Shown: piece by piece, positions 57,190 through 64,000 of the stretch | How the letters are laid out: every line of letters begins with the position of its first letter | Position numbering within the stretch: position 1 is the stretch's first letter | From: a virus | DNA: 64,000 nt | IMG/VR virus record: IMGVR_UViG_3300024261_002139 | Span: 2,921-66,920 of that record | Reading direction: 5' to 3' (one strand) | Notes under the pieces: generated by a model | Database searches by the model: none | What the model was told of the DNA's origin: nothing | The model's input: the letters and a program-made list of their open reading frames with translations, nothing else | Made by a program: the position numbers and the translations under genes

Positions 57190-60066
57190 ATGGCAAAACT
57201 TAGCAAAGACACAATATTAAGAGCGACACAGATAGAGATAGCAGATATCACTTCTCGTGTTTCACAAATCACATCTGCGACTTCTAGTGCGGAAGGTGAT
57301 CAGCTGAAGAATAATGATTTTTTTTCACGAGATGGGATTATTCCGCTTACCAAGAAAGGAAAGATATTTGAAGGTGGGAAGCTGGTGGACACTTTTGCAT
57401 CCCCAAGGGCCAACCCCACCGCGATAGATGAATTGATAACCAACATACAGAACGTTCCATCAAACTATGGCGAAGTTGAGGAAGTTAATAAGTCGAACTA
57501 CCCAGAAGAAGTTGGAGCACTGACAGTTTCAGCAGGAAAGAGGCTTGTTTCAATTGACAGAAATTTTTATGGCCCCAATGAACAGGTATATTTAGAGAAC
57601 TCTGATCCGAGAGAGGGGAAGAACTTTGTTGGAGATCCTCTTCGTGGAAGAACAGGGGCATATTGGACAAAGGACTCAGAAAATAGAAATTTTACTTTCT
57701 TGAACAAGCACAATATCCAAGGTAATGTTCCAGTTAAAATAAATTATCTTGAAGTATACGATGACGAGCCAAGGTACAATCACGGTCTTCAGAAAAGTGA
57801 TTTTGGAAGAACTTGGCAATGGCTTTTGATGAAACCAAACAAAACACAGTTTAAAACCCCAAAGGGGAATTATTCTAAGAAGCTTTGGTCTTCTTATGTG
57901 CAGGGTGGGACATATAGCGGAAAGAAGCTAGGATCTGCAGTTGTTCCAGCGAACAGGGCAGGAACATCTATTGGAGTTTCAGACAAGATAACGAGCACTA
58001 GACCAGGCTCACGACCAGCTGACAGAGGTGATTTCCGCCCATCATCACTAGGCGCCTTGCAAAATTCAGTTGCGAATGTCCCGACACGAACAGAGATATT
58101 CTTCGATCACTCTTTTGATATGGTTGCTCCCTTTGTAGAGAAAGAAGTAGAAAAGATCAATCCAATATTCGGTTCAAAAACAGCAGACATAAAAGCAGTA
58201 TACAATTTCTATATAGATGAATACGAAAGTACCATTTCCAGCAATATAGTATCAGAAAAGACACTTCCCAACATGTATGTTATGATATCTGAAAATGAGG
58301 CATCAAGCCCACCACCGATATTTAAGAAACACATAACTTTGAATAATAACCTGAAGACAGATCAGAAAGCATTTAGTCGTGTTGGTGAACAAAAATACGA
58401 TCTAAGGGATAGTCCAATCGGCGAGTACTTCGATCTTTACGGAACTCAATACGGAGAAATAATACGAAAAGATTCTTTAGAGGATTTAAAAACGACATTT
58501 ACGAATTTGATGTTTTCTGTGAATGACTTGGGTATGCTTAGGGAGCAAGCAGAAAAGAAAGAAATGTTCCCAATGTTCTTTGATATAAAATTCTCAACAG
58601 ATAAAAATGCATTCTTTGCCGAAATTTTGAAAGAAGCAAAGTTGATGGACTATATGACAAACTTTGTTATGAAGATGACGAAAAACAAACAATTTGAAAC
58701 GAAAGAATATCAAACAGGAAAAGAAATAGTAATTCAAAGAGGTGAAGAAGTTCAGAGAGAAATGAAGTTTACCACATCCAGAAGAAGAATGTGGGATATG
58801 AACCAGTGGTTAAGCCAGCCATTAGCGAACATACAAATTAGTGGTGGCACATTCTTAGGTGAGATGGACAACAGCATAATGGCAGAGAATGGAGAGCAAT
58901 ATAAACTTTTCAACAGTTTGATGCGGATTGTCATGACAGACAAAACCAACAAGCTGATTAGGACAAACTTTCGCACCTATGAGGATATGCTGAATGGTAA
59001 GCTAGCATATAACGAAACAGTATTATATAGAGTTGCTAAGTTTGAGGGCAGAACTACTTCGGGAGACCCCATACAGAATTTTTATTTCCCCAACTCCCTA
59101 GAAGAAGATATGGTGAGATATGTTGATACCCAAGTTAAATACGACAAGGAATACACATATGTTGTATATGCATATCAAATTGTTGTTGGGAACAAGTATT
59201 GGTATGACCAAACAAACGCCACCAACAATGAAGAGACCGCTCGGTGTAAACTCTTCCAGGAACCAAGTGTGACTTTGGTAGAAGTTCCTTATTATAGTTT
59301 TGCTGGCAGGATTGTGGACCGCCCACCAGTTATTCCAGATGTGACAATCACGCCGTATAAATCAATTGATAACAAGGTATTAATATCTTTTAATACTGGT
59401 GTTGGGGATTATAAAGATAACCCAATTGTTATTGAACCAGAAGACAGGACGGAAATAAACAAAATAAGAATGTTACAGAAGGTTGGCCCCGATGATCCAA
59501 TTGAATTTGGTAGCGATGATGGGGACTCAACATATGAGGTCTACAGGCTAGACAAAAAACCAGAGAGCTATTCAGACTTTTCTAAAAACCTTAGAGCTGT
59601 TGTTAGCACTGATGTTGATCCGCTCACAGCACAGAAGGCAACATCAGCTGCCTTTGTGGATGTGGTGAAGCCAAACAAAAAACATTATTATACTTTTAGA
59701 TCGATTGATGTACATGGCAACAAGTCTAATCCGACAGCACTGTACGAAGTCGAGATGGTTAATGATGCTGGCACTATATATCCAGAGTTTAATGTCGTGG
59801 ACTTTGACAAGCCAGAAACAATAGGGAGCAGAACAGCCAAGAAATACATCCAAATCATACCGACTATCTTTCAGGGCCTTATAAACGAAAAAGCTTCTGG
59901 GTTTGACAAGGTTGAATCAGCAAACGATTTACCAACAGGTGTCCAGCTTGGCATTGCAGAGGAATCGGTTTGGAATAAGAAATTCAAATTAGTGATGACC
60001 TCTCGGTCTTCTGGCAAAAAAATGCACATCAATTTTGATTTCAAACACAAACACGTGACTACATAA
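57190..60066 (+). CDS. Putative baseplate protein with FN3-like C-terminal domains
   Basis: YVDTQVKYDKEYTY, YEVYR, YYTFRSIDVHGNKSNP. Confidence 0.6.
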   Translation: MAKLSKDTILRATQIEIADITSRVSQITSATSSAEGDQLKNNDFFSRDGIIPLTKKGKIFEGGKLVDTFASPRANPTAIDELITNIQNVPSNYGEVEEVNKSNYPEEVGALTVSAGKRLVSIDRNFYGPNEQVYLENSDPREGKNFVGDPLRGRTGAYWTKDSENRNFTFLNKHNIQGNVPVKINYLEVYDDEPRYNHGLQKSDFGRTWQWLLMKPNKTQFKTPKGNYSKKLWSSYVQGGTYSGKKLGSAVVPANRAGTSIGVSDKITSTRPGSRPADRGDFRPSSLGALQNSVANVPTRTEIFFDHSFDMVAPFVEKEVEKINPIFGSKTADIKAVYNFYIDEYESTISSNIVSEKTLPNMYVMISENEASSPPPIFKKHITLNNNLKTDQKAFSRVGEQKYDLRDSPIGEYFDLYGTQYGEIIRKDSLEDLKTTFTNLMFSVNDLGMLREQAEKKEMFPMFFDIKFSTDKNAFFAEILKEAKLMDYMTNFVMKMTKNKQFETKEYQTGKEIVIQRGEEVQREMKFTTSRRRMWDMNQWLSQPLANIQISGGTFLGEMDNSIMAENGEQYKLFNSLMRIVMTDKTNKLIRTNFRTYEDMLNGKLAYNETVLYRVAKFEGRTTSGDPIQNFYFPNSLEEDMVRYVDTQVKYDKEYTYVVYAYQIVVGNKYWYDQTNATNNEETARCKLFQEPSVTLVEVPYYSFAGRIVDRPPVIPDVTITPYKSIDNKVLISFNTGVGDYKDNPIVIEPEDRTEINKIRMLQKVGPDDPIEFGSDDGDSTYEVYRLDKKPESYSDFSKNLRAVVSTDVDPLTAQKATSAAFVDVVKPNKKHYYTFRSIDVHGNKSNPTALYEVEMVNDAGTIYPEFNVVDFDKPETIGSRTAKKYIQIIPTIFQGLINEKASGFDKVESANDLPTGVQLGIAEESVWNKKFKLVMTSRSSGKKMHINFDFKHKHVTT

Positions 60067-60093
60067 ACAAAGAAGTATTTTGTTTCTAAAGAA

Positions 60094-60100
60094 CTATTTA
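60094..60100 (+). promoter_or_regulatory. Putative late promoter CTATTTA
   Basis: Upstream of AAGGAG RBS of ORF 60123. Confidence 0.6.
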
Positions 60101-60122
60101 TTTAGCAAAGGAGTTAAAAACT

Positions 60123-61037
60123 ATGGGTTTTCTTGACAATTCTGGAGATATCATTCTAGACGCCGTATTAACGGACACGGGAAGAATGAGATTAGCAAAG
60201 GGCGATGGTTCTTTCAAAATAGCGAAGTTCGCTCTTGGCGATGACGAAGTTGATTATTCTTTATATGATAAGAACAATGCTAGCGGAAGTGCCTACTTCG
60301 ATATAAGCATACTCACAACCCCTGTTCTAGAGGCATTCACTGATAATGCTGCTTCTATGAAATCAAAACTTATTTCAATTCCAGCCACGAACCTGCTATA
60401 CCTTCCAGTCATGAAGCTGAATGAACTTTATCCAAAAACATCGATGCATTCTAGCGGAGCTTTCATGGTCGCGGTAGACAAAGAGACTGAAGAAGCGGTG
60501 ACTATCAATGCAGATGGTGCTGCTGTTGACGGCATTATCCCTGGTTTTACTTTAGTTGGCGGAACTTCGATCAGGGCAGACCAGGGCCTGGACACTGCGG
60601 AGATATCTCCTGCCTCTACTATCGACTCGCAGTTGTTAGAGACCCAATATATCGTTGAGATAGACAATAGGTTTGGTAAGATAGTCAACTACAAGAACGG
60701 CAACACTGCTAAGGTTTCTTATATAGATGACGACAGCGTTGCTAGCTATTATTTCACTTCGGGAGTGGATCAGGACTTTGTTAGAGAGAACACTGATAAA
60801 GAAAAATCTACCGGAACAAAACAAGTTATAGCTGGCCCAAGAGGGACTATTTTTCAATTTGGCATAGGAGCTTCGTTGGAAACAAACACTAGTGATTTCT
60901 TGTTTGCGCAGCTTGGTGGCACCGCCACCTTGGAAGGAAGCAGTGTATATTTCATTGATTCAATTGTGAGGATAAACGGAGCAACAACCGGATATAAACT
61001 AGATATACCAGTCAGGTTTGTTAAGCTGGTGAGCTAG
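60123..61037 (+). CDS. Baseplate/virion structural protein
   Basis: MGFLDN..IILDAVLTDTGR..LA.G.F.IAKFALGDDEVDY. Confidence 0.7.
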   Translation: MGFLDNSGDIILDAVLTDTGRMRLAKGDGSFKIAKFALGDDEVDYSLYDKNNASGSAYFDISILTTPVLEAFTDNAASMKSKLISIPATNLLYLPVMKLNELYPKTSMHSSGAFMVAVDKETEEAVTINADGAAVDGIIPGFTLVGGTSIRADQGLDTAEISPASTIDSQLLETQYIVEIDNRFGKIVNYKNGNTAKVSYIDDDSVASYYFTSGVDQDFVRENTDKEKSTGTKQVIAGPRGTIFQFGIGASLETNTSDFLFAQLGGTATLEGSSVYFIDSIVRINGATTGYKLDIPVRFVKLVS

Positions 61038-61054
61038 GAAGGACATAATAAGAT

Positions 61055-62065
61055 ATGGCAACAGTATTTAAAACTTTTCTGAATGATGATGTAACATCAA
61101 CTAGAACATTGCTCCATGAAGCTATCCCTTTGACTGGGACGATTGTTTCGGGAACATATACAGATCTAAACATTAAGAATTATACCCACGGGATGTTTCA
61201 GTCGGTATACGATTATCCTTATCTAAGTTCATCTGCAAATCACATTTTTGATTTGACTTGCGGCTATTCTTCTATTTCTGCTTTGTCTGGTGCTGCCAGC
61301 GAACAGAATGCTAAGAAGATTCAAATATATAATCAAATGGCTCAAATACTTGTTGGACACAATGAGAGTGGAAACATTTTGAAATTTGATGCTGATGGAA
61401 ATATTATCGCGGGCGGAGCAAAGATGAACGAAGTTTATTTTGTAAACTTTGCAAGGCTTCTTAACAAAGACGAAATCAAGAAAGGGTCTTTTTCTATGGT
61501 TATCGGGGATACAGTTGCTTACGGTACTCCATTTGGGAGCACACAAACGATTGACGATTCAGGAGCACAAAACGATTATAGAGTGAATTCTCCAGCTGGA
61601 GAATATGCTATTTTGTCTTCATCTGTCACAGGAGACCAGGCCGGGTTGCTGTTCTACCAAGCTGGAGTGGCAGTCTTGACAGCATCTGTGTTTTCGTCGG
61701 CAGAAATGAATTCAAGTGCAGAATTAGTTGATGCTGTTTTGTCAGGTAGCACGATAGAACAAAATTCTGATGCCACAAGACACAGAATAAGTAATATTCA
61801 GTTTAACAATACCACAGAGCTTAATTCTACTATTTATTTCTGTAGGGTCAACCACAATGAATACAATTATAGTTCTAACCCAACATATCTAAGCTCCAGT
61901 AAGATGGTTGTGAAAGACACCACGGTAGATTCACCAGTATCTTATATTACGACTGTTGGGCTTTACTCTGCCGACAATGAACTTCTAGCAGTTGCGAAAC
62001 TTAGTGAACCGCTCAAAAAAGATCCAACGAACGAGCTGATTCTGAGAGTTCGTTTGGATTATTAA
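61055..62065 (+). CDS. Baseplate/fibre-attachment structural protein
   Basis: YNYSSNPT and C-terminal YITTVGLY....LLAVAKLSEPLKK...VRLDY. Confidence 0.7.
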   Translation: MATVFKTFLNDDVTSTRTLLHEAIPLTGTIVSGTYTDLNIKNYTHGMFQSVYDYPYLSSSANHIFDLTCGYSSISALSGAASEQNAKKIQIYNQMAQILVGHNESGNILKFDADGNIIAGGAKMNEVYFVNFARLLNKDEIKKGSFSMVIGDTVAYGTPFGSTQTIDDSGAQNDYRVNSPAGEYAILSSSVTGDQAGLLFYQAGVAVLTASVFSSAEMNSSAELVDAVLSGSTIEQNSDATRHRISNIQFNNTTELNSTIYFCRVNHNEYNYSSNPTYLSSSKMVVKDTTVDSPVSYITTVGLYSADNELLAVAKLSEPLKKDPTNELILRVRLDY

Positions 62066-62203
62066 CAGAGGTAGGTATGTTGTGCCTATCATTTCTAAGC
62101 CGAATTTTGTTTCAGACGAGATAGAAGATAAACAAACATCTAATTATAAAAGTAGCCGTTTACATATAAACGAACGGATACTTTTATTTTGGAGTAGTAT
62201 TGC

Positions 62204-63292
62204 ATGAGTCATCCAGATAGCGGTTCTATAGACCTATATGAGATGAACGTTGGTGTCGGTGAAGGACGGCCAGCGAGTAGTCTAATTTATCCTTTCACTG
62301 TGAAAGGCGGCTCATTAGACTCCTTCAAGACAATATCTACCACAGAATTCAGTAGTGACTATTCTTATGGTGCTGTCATAACAGGCACATATCCACTCAC
62401 TTCTGATATTTCTGTTAACAGATTCAATACTCCATATGCCGCCTTTGAGAGCGAGTTCATCCAGCAGAGAAGACGGCTATTGGCCTTAAAAAATACTTTT
62501 AATTATTATTCTGTCTTGAACCCTCATTATCAATTCAATTCTGATCTTGGAAACAAGGAAACACAATATTGTAGCTTGATAAGCATTCCATCTATCTTTT
62601 ACGGTGCATCCTTAGAGAAGGGGACAGTCAATCTTAAATTTTATGTGACAGGCACGTTGGTCGGAGAACTGAAGGACGAAAAGAAAAATGGCAGCCTTAT
62701 CCAAGTTGGCCCAGCCGGAAGCAATGGATCGGGAAGTGTCGCAGGGGTTGTTCTTTATAAGGAAGGATTTATTTATCTGACAGGCAGTTGGGATTTAGAT
62801 TCTAGCCACGAAGAGAAATACGAACCACACCCATCAGCACCGACTTTAACTGGGGCTTTGTTTAACCCTGCTTGGATATATTTTGGAACAACTGGCTCTA
62901 CTGCCGACCCAGGAACAAATGTTCCTTCTTCTAGCTTTGATTTGAAGTTTGATGGTGTAAACGAAATACCAGTTTTGACAATGATGGCACATGCTGTCAG
63001 AGGACAACTAAACAGTTCAAACAACCCAACTTACATACAAGCAGGCCAAGACGATAAACTAGTAGCAGCAACTGGTTCTGTTTATTATAAAGAGAGAAGC
63101 GATATCGATATAAAAAATACCATTAAATCACCATACACTGAAGACCCAGCACAATTTGAAAAACAAACATATATCTCTAAAGTGGCTATTTATGATGAAG
63201 ACAAAAATCTTATTGGCATTGCGAAATTGGCAACACCAGTTAGAAAAAGAGAAACAGACTCATATACATTTAAGATGAAGGTGGATTTTTAA
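62204..63292 (+). CDS. Baseplate/fibre-attachment protein, paralog of 61055
   Basis: LNSSNNPT and YISKVAIYD...LIGIAKLATPVRK...KVDF; CTAATTA upstream at 62140. Confidence 0.7.
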   Translation: MSHPDSGSIDLYEMNVGVGEGRPASSLIYPFTVKGGSLDSFKTISTTEFSSDYSYGAVITGTYPLTSDISVNRFNTPYAAFESEFIQQRRRLLALKNTFNYYSVLNPHYQFNSDLGNKETQYCSLISIPSIFYGASLEKGTVNLKFYVTGTLVGELKDEKKNGSLIQVGPAGSNGSGSVAGVVLYKEGFIYLTGSWDLDSSHEEKYEPHPSAPTLTGALFNPAWIYFGTTGSTADPGTNVPSSSFDLKFDGVNEIPVLTMMAHAVRGQLNSSNNPTYIQAGQDDKLVAATGSVYYKERSDIDIKNTIKSPYTEDPAQFEKQTYISKVAIYDEDKNLIGIAKLATPVRKRETDSYTFKMKVDF

Positions 63293-63294
63293 GA

Positions 63295-63513
63295 ATGCCG
63301 TATTACAAATTCAAATCTAGTGACGTTTTTAACAACACGATTAAGACTTATCCAAAAGCTGAATTTTTTATTTATAACGGGAAGGTGTACTATAACAAAA
63401 CCTATATTCCATTTTCAGGTTCCGCAGATATTGCTCCGGTTACCCATATCTTAACAGAAGCCAAAGAAAAGATTACAACAGAAGCAGGCGAACATTTGAT
63501 AACAGAGTCCTAA
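63295..63513 (+). CDS. Small virion adaptor-like protein
   Basis: MPYYKF..N-terminus; C-terminal ILTE..E.ITTE.GE.LITE repeats. Confidence 0.6.
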   Translation: MPYYKFKSSDVFNNTIKTYPKAEFFIYNGKVYYNKTYIPFSGSADIAPVTHILTEAKEKITTEAGEHLITES

Positions 63514-63543
63514 TTAGTATTGGAAATAAAGAGGAAAATTTAA

Positions 63544-64000
63544 ATGGCAAATGTAAAAATAACAGCTTTACCAGCAGCAACATCAATTACTAGTGATGAT
63601 TTGGTCCCCATTGTCGATGGTGTAGCAACAACCCAAAAAGCAACTTTCCAACAAGTTTTAAACTATGTTACTGGTTCTACTTTTAACGACCTTACAGTTA
63701 CATCACTGACTGCTTCTGTTAGCGGCACATTTGTTGGCGACGGCACTGGTATCACAGGTGTAATAGCAGAGTGGGATGGTTCACATGTTGGCGATGCCAG
63801 CATAACAGGATCTCTGTGGGTGAGTGGATCTCTCATAGCAGATGTAGCACTAAGCGGAGCAGTCGGTTCAGAGATAACATCTACTTCATATACTCTATCG
63901 GCAGATGACAGAGGAAAAACATTATTGTTTAGTAGTTCCGCCACACAAGGCATTACTTGCTCTTCTGGACTTAGCGTCGGATACAATAGCACTTTCATTC
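63544..64000 (+). CDS. Tail fibre-like protein (partial, runs off window)
   Basis: ATG 63544 after AGAGG; MANVKITALP..DDLVPIVD start, GTFVGDGTGITG fibre motif; CTAATTA at 63510. Confidence 0.75.
   Translation, partial: MANVKITALPAATSITSDDLVPIVDGVATTQKATFQQVLNYVTGSTFNDLTVTSLTASVSGTFVGDGTGITGVIAEWDGSHVGDASITGSLWVSGSLIADVALSGAVGSEITSTSYTLSADDRGKTLLFSSSATQGITCSSGLSVGYNSTFI

Noticed and set aside
770-63998. Numerous short minus-strand ORFs in the track
   Set aside because: Shadows of + strand genes without motifs or RBS; only the protease is credible
1-64000. Stop-codon reassignment as in some large phages
   Set aside because: Genes are full length in code 11 and TAA, TAG and TGA all terminate genes at tight junctions
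20718-64000. Bacterial contractile injection system or eukaryotic virus
   Set aside because: gp55-like sigma, tmRNA, PhoH, bacterial RBSs and T4-like gene set indicate a bacteriophage

Overview
Almost entirely + strand, densely coding 64-kb segment of a large T4-like (contractile-tailed) bacteriophage genome read in the standard genetic code. Left part (1-6.8 kb): putative internal head proteins, a Fis-like HTH protein, an unidentified structured RNA plus a compact tmRNA, a dCMP-deaminase-like protein lacking its catalytic Glu, a lipoprotein trypsin-like protease (the only credible - strand gene), a PIN-PhoH ATPase, a HExxH protein and a Cas4-like nuclease. 6.9-18.9 kb: a translationally coupled glycan-biosynthesis operon (5 glycosyltransferase genes, 2 methyltransferases, acetyltransferase, dehydratase/epimerase, DegT aminotransferase, nucleotide-sugar dehydrogenase) ending in an APS kinase/HAD/nucleotidyltransferase module. 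About 19.7 kb: gp55-like late sigma factor. 20.7-64 kb: baseplate, sheath, tube, chaperone and fibre genes, including a 2674-aa protein with LDL-receptor-type YWTD beta-propellers. Main hypothesis: a phage-encoded virion glycosylation system, because a short [S/T]-[G/A]-S motif is strongly enriched in presumed surface-exposed virion proteins and nearly absent from enzymes and the tail tube. A recurring (C)TAnTTA element marks probable late promoters. All calls are from motif reading by eye; no database searches were run.
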